Below, piece by piece: positions 19,393-28,975 of a stretch of 64,000 nucleotides of DNA. Every line of letters starts with the position of its first letter. Position 1 is the first letter of the stretch. This DNA comes from Chitinophagaceae bacterium (GTDB lineage Bacteria; Bacteroidota; Bacteroidia; Chitinophagales; Chitinophagaceae). The stretch is taken from NCBI GenBank assembly GCA_031397865.1, contig JANNMN010000021.1, positions 15,441-79,440 of the forward strand, in the 5' to 3' direction. Both the position numbers and the translations under genes were made by a program. The notes under the pieces were generated by a model. It had not been told where the DNA came from, searched no databases, and saw only the letters and a program-made list of their open reading frames with translations.

Positions 19393-19814
19393 TGCTCCGG
19401 TGGAAAAGGCTCTCCCTGGTGGCATGTTTTACAGGTAATGGTTTTTAAATATGCCGGATCAATTGTTTTATCAAAATTAAAATATGTTTTATTTAGATGA
19501 ATGGTCATTTCCATCATCTTCCGAGCATTCTCCTTCATCGGTTCAGCATCAGAGGCATAGTCAAATTGGTCTTGAAAAACTTTTGATTTCACATGACAAA
19601 ATTCACACTTCACACCTAGCCCGGTATTGTAGGTTTGCATGATGCTGTCCAGCTTTTCATCGCTGATGTTTTTGGGTAATACCTTTAAGTTCCTTTCTTT
19701 TTGAACTTGCCCTGAAGAGCCATTCTTCTGGGACGGAGCTTTTACGGCTGCCACACTTAGGGTTACAAATGCGGCTAAAGTAACCAAAGCAGCTATTTTC
19801 TTTTTATGCATCAT
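19389..19814 (-). CDS. Secreted dihaem c-type cytochrome
   Basis: 141 aa. Signal peptide and two CxxCH motifs (CEFCH, CKTCH). Confidence 0.75.
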   Translation of the reverse strand: MMHKKKIAALVTLAAFVTLSVAAVKAPSQKNGSSGQVQKERNLKVLPKNISDEKLDSIMQTYNTGLGVKCEFCHVKSKVFQDQFDYASDAEPMKENARKMMEMTIHLNKTYFNFDKTIDPAYLKTITCKTCHQGEPFPPEH

Positions 19815-19984
19815 AACTCGTAGACGGGGTTTTTAATCCAAAAGTGGCATACCCGGGGTAGCCAGTAAATATTACTTTAAAAGATCAGGTCTCTAGTTAT
19901 GAAAATAGGTAATTGCTTTCGTTTCCGGTATTAGTAAATGACGAAAGGCTATGTTTTCTACTTTTGAGGTTAAAAAAAATAAAC

Positions 19985-20332
19985 ATGAATAATCTGGTTA
20001 AAGAATTTAATGATTACCGGGCCCGGATGAATGAGGTAATTCTGAGTAAGGACAACCTCGTCATCAAACGCCTTTGGAACCTGGATAGTAACACTTATGC
20101 CGCCGGCGCAGTGGATGTAAAAACGAAAGAAATGCTGGGGCTGGTTGCCAGTATGGTCCTTCGTTGCGATGATTGTATTAAATACCATTTAGGTAAAAGC
20201 CATGAAGTGGGTGTAACTACCGAGGAGCTGTATGAGGTGTTTGCGGTAGCTAATATTGTGGGCGGCACCATTGTAATACCGCATACAAGAAGGGCGGCGG
20301 AATACTGGGAGGAGCTGGTGATTAATAAATAA
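19985..20332 (+). CDS. Carboxymuconolactone decarboxylase (AhpD-like) family protein
   Basis: 'LVASMVLRCDDCIKYH' CxxC motif in a CMD fold pattern. Start set at the internal Met (MNNLVKEF). Confidence 0.8.
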   Translation: MNNLVKEFNDYRARMNEVILSKDNLVIKRLWNLDSNTYAAGAVDVKTKEMLGLVASMVLRCDDCIKYHLGKSHEVGVTTEELYEVFAVANIVGGTIVIPHTRRAAEYWEELVINK

Positions 20333-20397
20333 TAATTAGTAAATAATAATGACCTTTGCAAAGGAAAAATTCTTAATTTTTCATTCTTAATTTTTAT

Positions 20398-21429
20398 TTG
20401 ATGTCTACAGAAACAACAGCTCCCATTTTAACCGCCAAAGATTTTGCTACCGACCAGGAAGTTCGCTGGTGCCCCGGCTGCGGCGATTATTCTATACTTG
20501 CACAGGTGCAAAAAGTGATGCCAACATTGGGTATTGCCAAAGAAAACATTGTGATAGTCTCTGGCATTGGATGTAGCAGTCGCTTTCCGTATTATATGAA
20601 TACGTATGGTATGCACTCCATTCATGGAAGAGCAACTGCTGTGGCATCCGGCTTAAAAGCATCCCGGCCGGAGTTGAGTGTTTGGATAGTAACAGGAGAT
20701 GGGGATGGACTTAGCATTGGTGGTAATCATACTATTCATTTGCTGCGCAGAAATTTTGATGTAAATATTTTATTATTCAACAACCAGATATATGGATTAA
20801 CGAAAGGACAATACTCACCCACATCCGAAGAAAAGAAAGTAACCAAGAGTACACCCATGGGTAGTATTGATCATCCATTTAATCCACTGGCATTGGCATT
20901 GGGAGCAGATGCAACATTTGTGGCAAGAACAATGGACAGAGATCCAAAACATTTGCAGGCAATGCTGCTGCGAACTCATAATCATAAAGGCGCATCGTTT
21001 TTGGAGATATACCAGAACTGTAACATTTTTAACGACGGTGCATTTGAAATTTTTACAGAGAAAGGAACGAAGCCAACGGAAACATTATTCCTGGAGCAGG
21101 GACAGCCATTACTTTTTGGTGCAGCTAAAGACAAAGGAATAAAACTCGATGGTTTTAAACCGGTAGTGGTTGATTTAAATCTCGGACACAGTGCCGATGA
21201 TCTGTGGATACATGATGAACAGGATATTTATAAAGCACAGATATTAACCCGCATTTTTGATGATCCAAAAATTGAAGGTCATCTGCCAAGACCATTTGGT
21301 GTATTTTATCAAACCAACAGACATTGCTATGAAGATGTAATGGCAGCCCAATTAGAAGAAGCAAAGACAAGAAAGCCTGCTGATTTAGATAAGTTGTTGA
21401 AGGGAAATGAGGTGTGGACGATTGTGTAA
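20398..21429 (+). CDS. korB: 2-oxoacid:ferredoxin oxidoreductase beta (TPP-binding) subunit
   Basis: 343 aa. 'RWCPGCGDYSIL', 'SGIGCSSRFPYY' and 'GDGDGLSIGGNH' motifs. Confidence 0.9.
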   Translation: MMSTETTAPILTAKDFATDQEVRWCPGCGDYSILAQVQKVMPTLGIAKENIVIVSGIGCSSRFPYYMNTYGMHSIHGRATAVASGLKASRPELSVWIVTGDGDGLSIGGNHTIHLLRRNFDVNILLFNNQIYGLTKGQYSPTSEEKKVTKSTPMGSIDHPFNPLALALGADATFVARTMDRDPKHLQAMLLRTHNHKGASFLEIYQNCNIFNDGAFEIFTEKGTKPTETLFLEQGQPLLFGAAKDKGIKLDGFKPVVVDLNLGHSADDLWIHDEQDIYKAQILTRIFDDPKIEGHLPRPFGVFYQTNRHCYEDVMAAQLEEAKTRKPADLDKLLKGNEVWTIV

Positions 21430-21434
21430 GAAAT

Positions 21435-22076
21435 TTATTCAATAGTAAATTCAATCACATTTGCTCTACCTTCTCTTCCATCTGCTTTAAGCACATTTAT
21501 CAAAGAGAAAGTTATAATATCTCCTTGTTGAAGTGTATCAAACAGTATATGAATTTCGGAAGTAAATAAATTTCCTTCTACGTATTTGAAAAATAATATC
21601 TCTTTATTCCTGATTGCAGTTATCACAAAATTTTTAACCTGGTATTTAAGATCAAACCCAAGATAACTTGGAGCCATAGCACCAACACCTTGCTGTGCAT
21701 TTAATTTTTTTTTAGATATTAATCCGCCATTAAGTCCACCAACTGTCGCAATTGGATCGGGAAAGTTTCTAACATAAATAAAATACTCACCAATTTTAAT
21801 AGTCTTGTTATTTACTTTTTTAGTAATTATTATTTTGGAGTTGGAAATTTTTAATGGACGATAAACATATAGGCAGGATGAAATTTTCTTGATTGAGCCA
21901 TTGAGTGTAGCTAAATTTATAGAATGACAGGCTGTTCCTTCTACAGTGCATGATATTTTATTGTCCAAACCTATGTAAGCTATTTGATTTCCCGTTTCAA
22001 TAGCTAAACTAAAATTTTGAGAATAAGAAAGAGAGGAAAAGCACAAACAGATGGAAATTATAAGAATTTTTTTCAT
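21435..22076 (-). CDS. Secreted hypothetical protein (weak GldM C-terminal-like pattern)
   Basis: 213 aa, signal peptide, very AT-rich. 'ATVGGLNGGLISKKKL...FDLKYQVKNFVI' is reminiscent of the GldM C-terminal domains. Confidence 0.45.
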   Translation of the reverse strand: MKKILIISICLCFSSLSYSQNFSLAIETGNQIAYIGLDNKISCTVEGTACHSINLATLNGSIKKISSCLYVYRPLKISNSKIIITKKVNNKTIKIGEYFIYVRNFPDPIATVGGLNGGLISKKKLNAQQGVGAMAPSYLGFDLKYQVKNFVITAIRNKEILFFKYVEGNLFTSEIHILFDTLQQGDIITFSLINVLKADGREGRANVIEFTIE

Positions 22077-22118
22077 CAGTATATTTTATACTACAACGAA
22101 TTTTTGGGGATAAAATTA

Positions 22119-23009
22119 TCAACCTCCCGCCAGCACCTTCGCTGCATTCTCATACACCTTTTTCTCTTTTCTTTTATACCACCATTGTGGCATCGTCTTT
22201 TTCATGAGTGTGTCAATGCTGCGCATACCAATTAAACTCCACACACCTTTTAATTTTCCACCAAGTGATGGTTGCAAGGCCCGTAAGCTCATGGCAAAAC
22301 CACTATCAAGGTATTCCATATGATGCCAGTAACCGGCAGGCATAAATAATGTATCACCGGGTTCTAATATAAAATCAAAACCTTCAGCCAATTTCAGTGC
22401 AGGAAATTTTTCATAATCGGGGCTGCCGTTCTGTTCGTAGTAGTTAGAAAAATCGGCAAGGCTCAATACTTCAAATGGTTTCCGGTAGAGCTTGTGTTGT
22501 TCTTTATAAGGAAACATCAACACTCTTTTTCTTCCGGAAAACTGTGTATGTAAAATATGAGAGAGGTCAATATCAAAATGCATATGAGTAATGCTGCCAG
22601 CACCGCCGGTAAACAGCATCGGGTATTTTTTTACAAAGCCCTTCATCATATGTTCCGGCCACGAAAAATCGTTGATCAATTGCGGGGCATGATCAAAAAT
22701 ATTAAACAAGAATATTCTCCAGGCAGCAGGTCCTGCCTTTATCATGTCTATATATTCACCAAAAGTTTTATAGTCGTCGGCAGTGTTGATGGGGGTGTAA
22801 GCGTCGCTTTTTACATTATTATATAAAGGCACTTTTTTATCACCCACTAACTGTTTAAAATAATCCCAGTTCCATTTAGTGAAAGCAGGCCAGTCTTTAG
22901 CAAGATTTTTGATAACAACAGGTTTGCCCGGCTCATAAAAGTCTTTTTTAAAGACTTCAGGGCTTATAGTTTCGAAAGTGGCAACTGGTCGTAATTGCAT
23001 GGAAGACAA
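22119..23009 (-). CDS. Cupin-like (JmjC/Cupin_8) domain protein
   Basis: 296 aa. 'GGAGSITHMHFD', 'GDTLFMPAGYWHH' pattern. Confidence 0.8.
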   Translation of the reverse strand: MSSMQLRPVATFETISPEVFKKDFYEPGKPVVIKNLAKDWPAFTKWNWDYFKQLVGDKKVPLYNNVKSDAYTPINTADDYKTFGEYIDMIKAGPAAWRIFLFNIFDHAPQLINDFSWPEHMMKGFVKKYPMLFTGGAGSITHMHFDIDLSHILHTQFSGRKRVLMFPYKEQHKLYRKPFEVLSLADFSNYYEQNGSPDYEKFPALKLAEGFDFILEPGDTLFMPAGYWHHMEYLDSGFAMSLRALQPSLGGKLKGVWSLIGMRSIDTLMKKTMPQWWYKRKEKKVYENAAKVLAGG

Positions 23010-23203
23010 ACTTTATTTGCCGCCAAATTACGACTTGTAAAGCAAATGGGGCAAGAAGGTAGTTTTTTTAAGATTTGTATGGGAATAGAAGATTTTATCG
23101 CCTAGAGAATAATGAGAGAAAGAGGAAAGGCGAGATTTATTAATGTATTCTCTTTTTTCTTTATAATGTTATTGATGAATACTTTTAAAGACAACTACAA
23201 CAT

Positions 23204-23812
23204 ATGCTTTTACACATACATCCTGATAATCCGCAACAGCGGTTGGTAAAACAAGTGGTGGAAACACTGCAGCAGGGCGGTATTATCATTTATCCTACTG
23301 ATACAGTGTATGGCCTCGGCTGTGATATACTCCAGCAAAAAGCCGTGGAAAGAATTTGCCGGATTAAAAAAATAGATCCGCAAAAAGCACAGCTATCTTT
23401 TGTGTGCAGCGATCTATCGCACCTGAGTGAGTATGCAAAGCCATTATCAAATCCTGTTTACAGATTAATAAAAGAATACTTGCCCGGTCCTTACACATTT
23501 ATATTACCCGCCAGCAAAATGGTTCCCAAAATTTTGCAAAGCAAAAAAGATACGATCGGTCTTCGTATACCAAACAATACTATCGCCATGGCCATCATCA
23601 AAGAACTCGGTCGCCCCATACTCAGTGCATCATTACCCGGAGAAATGGTGGAAGACTACACCGATCCGGAAGTGATGTATGAAAATTTTAGAAACGAAGT
23701 AGATTATGTAATTGATGGCGGTGCAGGCGGCATGGTGCCATCTACCATAATCGATTGTACAGGTGATGAGCCTGTAATGATTCGGGAAGGGCTAGGAGAG
23801 TGGAAAGGATAA
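23204..23812 (+). CDS. tsaC: L-threonylcarbamoyladenylate synthase (YrdC/TsaC type)
   Basis: 202 aa. 'IIIYPTDTVYGLGCD', 'LSFVCSD', 'PGPYTFIL' and 'IGLRIPN' motifs. Confidence 0.9.
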   Translation: MLLHIHPDNPQQRLVKQVVETLQQGGIIIYPTDTVYGLGCDILQQKAVERICRIKKIDPQKAQLSFVCSDLSHLSEYAKPLSNPVYRLIKEYLPGPYTFILPASKMVPKILQSKKDTIGLRIPNNTIAMAIIKELGRPILSASLPGEMVEDYTDPEVMYENFRNEVDYVIDGGAGGMVPSTIIDCTGDEPVMIREGLGEWKG

Positions 23813-23825
23813 TTTACTTTAAACA

Positions 23826-26474
23826 TTACTGAATTAAAAAACCACTAAGCCGCTGCGCCTGTCTTCCGAAAGGAACACCACCACTGCATGGTCCAATCGT
23901 TGCTTTAAAAACATTATCAGGTGCACCAATAGCCTGGAAGCCCGGGGTTAGTTCCATTTCAACACCTGCTTTATAAAAAACATTAGCACCTGTACCTGCA
24001 TGAAATGCGGTTGATTGAATATCCGTGAATGCTTGAAAATAATAAGGCCTGTTACTGGCCGTGTTTCCGGTATTTAATGTGATGGATGAAACACAACTGT
24101 TGTAAACAGAAGTTTCCCAAATTCCTCTGCCATAAGTACCAGCTCTTAGTAAACCTTGTGCATTATGAATTTCAAGGTCTGTAACTTCTACAACCGGCAG
24201 GCCATTACTGAAAGGAATCCAGTCACCTAAATTATTATCCCGATAAAAAACACCAATATCTGTTCCTATATAAACAGCACCACCAGGGTTCCCATTATTA
24301 TCGTCAAATACAATACAATTAACAGGAACGTTGGGCAATGATCCTGTTACATTAGTCCAGGTACTACCACCATTATTTGAATACTTTATTTTTAATGTAG
24401 AATCATAGCCGCCAAAACACAACCACATTTCATTTCCATTATCTGCATTAAATGTAAGGTCTGTAAAGGGCACTTGGTTCGTACCTGAATATATCTCCGT
24501 CCAATTAGTGCCTTTGTTAGTAGTGGTATAAACTTTTTGTGTAAAATTTGTTGTATTACTCATTTCATTATCTCCTGCATATATACGGTTTGCATTGTTT
24601 CTCGCTGTTCTCACAAATGTTCTACCCGAAACAGGCCCCCCACCGCTATGATAAAATGGCTGATAAGTAAATGGGCCGGCTGCATCGGATGCAAGAATAA
24701 CTGGCCGGTAACCAATAACAAGTTCAGTAGTATTTCCTGCCACTTCTGCTACAGGAGTACACCATGTAGCCACTGCAGTAAACGGCATGTTGGATGGTGT
24801 AGCAACCGTTAAAAAGGCGGAGCCGCTATTGTATGATTTTATTACTACCCCATCCTGCTTGCCCCATACATATTTAGTATTATCGTCGGGATCAATATAG
24901 CAATCCATTCCATCAGATCCATCCAGTCTTACAAAAATGCCATTATTGTTGCTTCTTTTATTTGTTCCATTATCCTGGTTACCACCAATCATTGTATATT
25001 CTGAAAATGGTACACCACTTACATCTGTTCCTATCCTGTAGTATTGTGTTATTTGCAAACCGGTGCCATTTGCATCGTTCCAACTTGCACCATTATCTGT
25101 ACTTTTATAAATGCCTCCATCCCCAATCATATAAAGTAAATTATTATTAAGCGGATGATAAATTAAATCATGCAGGTCGCCATGATAATAGTTTTGAATA
25201 GTTACATTCTCATCATGAGCGGTCATTGTTGTTCCACCATTGCTGCTTGACCATAGCCGGATACCACCGGTAAAGATCCTGTTTGCATTGGTTGGGCTTA
25301 CCGCTATGCATAAATCATATCCAGCCTGATCTTTATCATCATCTCCAGCCATTGTTCTTCCCAGTATATTAGGCGTTTGGGTTCTTAGAGCAAAACTATC
25401 CCCTTCGTCTATGGAACGATATAAACCATTAAAGGTTCCTGAACCGGTAGATGGCCCAAGCAAGGCATATACATAGTTGGGATTGGCCGGGGTTACTGCT
25501 ATTGCTATTCTGTTATCACGGTTATTACTGCCCCAAATGTTTGCTATAGTGGTATTGTTAAAGAAGTTCAGCCCATGGTCGGTTGATTTATATAAATATT
25601 TACTTGCATTATTTATAAGCCCGGCGGCATATACAATAGATGGATCGCCGGGTTTAAATTCAATATCCCAAAAATAAGTAGCGCTGATGGAGTTTGTCCA
25701 GGTAGTCCCACCGTTTGTTGTTCTATAAATCCCCGCATTGGTGGCCACCATCAATACTTCCGGGTTGGTTGGGTGCATTACTAATTTGTAAGCCAATTTA
25801 TTTTCTGTTTCACTCCATTGCAATCCGGTATATGTCCAATGGTTGCCCCCATCATACGATTTAAGTACTCCACTTGAAGGTTTTCCAAATTGCAAATTAC
25901 TTCCACTGTTTCCACCACCACCAGCGTCTGCATCACCGGTAAGTATATAAATTATATTGGCATTGTTAGGGTTTACAGCCACTCCACTAAGACAAAGGTT
26001 GGGGATACCATCTGTTAATGGAAACCAGGTAGTACCTGCATTGGTTGTTTTCCATAAGCCACCACTGGCAGTAGCTAAAAAAAGAGTGCTAACATCAGTA
26101 GGATGAAAGGCTAGTCTGTTGGCTCTTCCAATTCCTCTTCCGGTGGAGTTTATTAATGTTGGCCCTACGGGTGTCCAGGCGCCGGTATTGGCTTCTGTTC
26201 TGTTTACATTATTTATGCGGTTAATGCTACTGTTCAGATAGGCTTGTTTGTTAAGTCCTGCATTGTCTACCAAAGTTCCGTTTGCACCAGTACGGGTGGC
26301 ATAATACCATTCCCATCTTTTAAATTGTTTGTAACCGGGTGCATTTTTTCCGGCATCAATGTAATGCTGGTTCATGGCTTCGGATATCTCACTAAATTTT
26401 TTACCAGGGTTGTTTTGTGCAAGCAGGCAGCCGATGTACAATGCAAATAACGGTAGCAAAAAAAACTTCTTCAT
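23826..26474 (-). CDS. Secreted BNR/Asp-box beta-propeller protein (VPS10/sortilin- or GH74-like) with C-terminal extra domain
   Basis: 882 aa. Signal peptide and at least 8 Asp-boxes (SYDGGNHW, TTNGGTTW, STDNGASW, SNNGGSTW and others). C-terminal '...ELTPGFQA..G..FKATIGPC' module. Confidence 0.8.
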   Translation of the reverse strand: MKKFFLLPLFALYIGCLLAQNNPGKKFSEISEAMNQHYIDAGKNAPGYKQFKRWEWYYATRTGANGTLVDNAGLNKQAYLNSSINRINNVNRTEANTGAWTPVGPTLINSTGRGIGRANRLAFHPTDVSTLFLATASGGLWKTTNAGTTWFPLTDGIPNLCLSGVAVNPNNANIIYILTGDADAGGGGNSGSNLQFGKPSSGVLKSYDGGNHWTYTGLQWSETENKLAYKLVMHPTNPEVLMVATNAGIYRTTNGGTTWTNSISATYFWDIEFKPGDPSIVYAAGLINNASKYLYKSTDHGLNFFNNTTIANIWGSNNRDNRIAIAVTPANPNYVYALLGPSTGSGTFNGLYRSIDEGDSFALRTQTPNILGRTMAGDDDKDQAGYDLCIAVSPTNANRIFTGGIRLWSSSNGGTTMTAHDENVTIQNYYHGDLHDLIYHPLNNNLLYMIGDGGIYKSTDNGASWNDANGTGLQITQYYRIGTDVSGVPFSEYTMIGGNQDNGTNKRSNNNGIFVRLDGSDGMDCYIDPDDNTKYVWGKQDGVVIKSYNSGSAFLTVATPSNMPFTAVATWCTPVAEVAGNTTELVIGYRPVILASDAAGPFTYQPFYHSGGGPVSGRTFVRTARNNANRIYAGDNEMSNTTNFTQKVYTTTNKGTNWTEIYSGTNQVPFTDLTFNADNGNEMWLCFGGYDSTLKIKYSNNGGSTWTNVTGSLPNVPVNCIVFDDNNGNPGGAVYIGTDIGVFYRDNNLGDWIPFSNGLPVVEVTDLEIHNAQGLLRAGTYGRGIWETSVYNSCVSSITLNTGNTASNRPYYFQAFTDIQSTAFHAGTGANVFYKAGVEMELTPGFQAIGAPDNVFKATIGPCSGGVPFGRQAQRLSGFLIQ

Positions 26475-26497
26475 GATTAGTGATTTGTTTGCACAGA

Positions 26498-28459
26498 TTA
26501 TTTATTTCCTTTTACTAAGGTTTTCAGTTCTTCAATTTCTTTTTGCTGCTGAAGGATGTACAGCGTCAGCTCTTCAATTTTCTCCATCATCCTTTTTTGC
26601 ATATCACCCACTTCCAACCCGTTTTTTTCAATCTCGGTTGCAGATGGAATATTAGGAAGGTGTTTATTTGTCTGGATAAAATTTTTCAGCTCTGATAATG
26701 TTGGCAGTTTATAGGTTTCAGAAAAAACATAATCTGGCCAGCCACTGCTTTGCAGTTTTACTTTTACTTCTTCACATATCATTTTGCCACCTACTCTTAA
26801 TATATATCCCGGTGCATCTGTTTGTGAACCAATATTTACATTGCCGGCGCCATCTACAAAAAATCGGTCGCCGCCATTTGTACGGATTACAAACTTGCCG
26901 GCGGTATTACCACTATTGGTGCCAATGCGGATATTATCTCCGGAGAGTTGCACAAACCCTTTATCAACATTGCTATTTTGTAGTTGGATGATAGGGTTAG
27001 CTGCATCCATAGTAAGATTGCCGTTGATGCTGGCATTGTCACCCGCAAACAATGTTCCTGTTATGTTAGCAGCGCCGCCAATTATTGCATTGCCCGATAT
27101 GATAGTATTTCCAACAACATGAAGTTTGGTAGAGGGAGTTTCTGTACCAATGCCTACAAAATTGGCGGGAGTTATATTAAGTGTGTTATTACCATTCACC
27201 CTTACTATAAATTTTCCATTATTATTTTCGGTGTTGGTGCCTATTCGAAAATCATCACCCGATACATCAAGAAATCCTCTTTTATTCTCAGCCAGGTTTC
27301 CACCACCAGTTGTAAATTGTACAAAGGGATTAAATCCATGGTTTATACGTAATTGTTCTCCGGCACCACCGCTTATGTGTAGTCTTGCAACAGGATCAGC
27401 AATACCCACACCTACATTGTTGCTGGTATTTATAGTTAATCCGTTTGCGATATCTTCTCCCATTCGAAAACGCATAAAGTTGGAGAAGTTCAATGTGTCC
27501 ACATATTCTATGCGACCCAGTAATGTGTTATCAGACCTGATAAAACTAACTCCGGGGCTATATTTTAAAACACCTCCCGCTGCCTGGCTTGTTTCAAAAT
27601 TTAATGCCCGGCTTCCACCATGAAGGCGCAGTGAACCTGCAATTTCAACTTTATCAGCAGGAACTACTGCGCCAATACCAATATTACCTGTATAAGGTTG
27701 AAGATAAAGATTAGCTCCGGCACCATTATTCCTTGCTGCTATTACATTCATATCCATAACCATATTTAAGGTGTTGGGGCTTCCAAGCATCAGGTGTCCA
27801 TGCTCAGTTAAAGAGGCTGCCTGTTCCCCAATGATCTGCACATTACCTGTTGAGTCCACAAAAACTTTGTCACTACCATCCATTCCTATTACTAATTTTC
27901 CCAGGTCATTTCCATTATTGGTACCCAGTGTTAAATTGTTTCCCGATAATTGCAAGAACCCTTTATTCACTCCTGCATTTTGAAGCTGAATAACAGCAGC
28001 AGCATTGTTCATTGTTATTGTACCATTATCTTGTAATACGTTTCCAACTAAATGCAACTTAGAAGCAGGAGCACTTGTACCAATACCTACATTACCAGCC
28101 ACATTGCTATATTGATTACTACCACTAACTGTCCAGGTAGAAATGCCGCTGGTAATTTCATCTGTTCTGGCAATTCTTCTCCATACCGTAGATACACCAA
28201 CCTGCTCACATAAATACAGACCGGGTAATGATGCCGGAGAGCCTTCAGTATTTGTTTGAATTACCATTAGTCCCACAGCAGGTGCAGGTATTGCTATTCT
28301 TTGCGCCCCGGTCATCCGGGGTATCAGCATTCCTTTGTTAGTACTGGTTATATCTAACTGTGCAGATGTATTGGGAGTAGTAGTGCCAATTCCTACACTT
28401 TGTGCAGTGAGTAAATGACATTGCGCCACTATTAATAAACCGAGAATTATTTTTCTCAT
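26498..28459 (-). CDS. Tail-fibre-like secreted protein, paralogue 1 (653 aa)
   Basis: Signal peptide. 'QSVGIGTTTPNTSAQLDITSTNKGMLIPRMT..QRIAI' N-module. Repeated 'IQLQN..V.KGF.QLSG.N..(L/I)GTN.GN' modules. C-terminal 'GWPDYVF..Y.L..L.EL..FI..NKHLP' followed by a coiled coil. Confidence 0.8.
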   Translation of the reverse strand: MRKIILGLLIVAQCHLLTAQSVGIGTTTPNTSAQLDITSTNKGMLIPRMTGAQRIAIPAPAVGLMVIQTNTEGSPASLPGLYLCEQVGVSTVWRRIARTDEITSGISTWTVSGSNQYSNVAGNVGIGTSAPASKLHLVGNVLQDNGTITMNNAAAVIQLQNAGVNKGFLQLSGNNLTLGTNNGNDLGKLVIGMDGSDKVFVDSTGNVQIIGEQAASLTEHGHLMLGSPNTLNMVMDMNVIAARNNGAGANLYLQPYTGNIGIGAVVPADKVEIAGSLRLHGGSRALNFETSQAAGGVLKYSPGVSFIRSDNTLLGRIEYVDTLNFSNFMRFRMGEDIANGLTINTSNNVGVGIADPVARLHISGGAGEQLRINHGFNPFVQFTTGGGNLAENKRGFLDVSGDDFRIGTNTENNNGKFIVRVNGNNTLNITPANFVGIGTETPSTKLHVVGNTIISGNAIIGGAANITGTLFAGDNASINGNLTMDAANPIIQLQNSNVDKGFVQLSGDNIRIGTNSGNTAGKFVIRTNGGDRFFVDGAGNVNIGSQTDAPGYILRVGGKMICEEVKVKLQSSGWPDYVFSETYKLPTLSELKNFIQTNKHLPNIPSATEIEKNGLEVGDMQKRMMEKIEELTLYILQQQKEIEELKTLVKGNK

Positions 28460-28479
28460 ATATTTTGTTTTACTTTTTA

Positions 28480-28848
28480 TTACAATGAATCCAGTTCAAT
28501 TAATAATTGTAGAAGCTTTCCTCTTTTAATATCTTCTCCAAAGAATTTTATAGCCTGCGGTGCTATATAATCTTTTTCATGACCTTCCTTTTTCCATGCC
28601 TTGTCTGTTTTTAGATTGGGCAGATATATAAACTGCAACCACTCATTAAAATCTTCCACCGTAGCAAAATTTCTTTTTTCATAATGTCCCACCCATTCTG
28701 GTGTGGTAGCTGCCCATAAGCCTGCCCGCATCATCTCTTCTCTTACTTCTTGAATTTTTTCTGCTATTAAGCTTACATCAGTCATTGCCATAATTTGCTT
28801 AGCTAAGCTATCGGCGTTATTGATCTCCAAAAAGAATGATAAAGCCAA
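28480..28848 (-). CDS. YqcC-like (DUF446) protein
   Basis: 122 aa. The 'W....P......(F)....F.EWLQFIYLP' ... 'LLQLLIELDSL' pattern resembles E. coli YqcC. The true start may be an internal Met. Lies 20 bp upstream of paralogue 1. Confidence 0.6.
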   Translation of the reverse strand: MALSFFLEINNADSLAKQIMAMTDVSLIAEKIQEVREEMMRAGLWAATTPEWVGHYEKRNFATVEDFNEWLQFIYLPNLKTDKAWKKEGHEKDYIAPQAIKFFGEDIKRGKLLQLLIELDSL

Positions 28849-28975
28849 AGGGTATAAGATTTATCCAATGGTAAAATGCTACCCCACTACTTATTTAATG
28901 GCAGGTGTAATGAGTGAATGGGTAAACTATCGGAAAAAGGGTGTATATTTTTGCAACGTAACGGTGAACAAAAAA

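Noticed and set aside
26698-27983. Plus-strand ORFs (97-165 aa) inside fibre paralogue 1, with similar antisense ORFs at 37566-38399 and 41064-41994.
   Set aside because: They lie antisense to long, repeat-rich genes with clear family signatures. Their low-complexity translations (P/L/V/I-rich) are typical of shadows of G/N/T-rich repeats.
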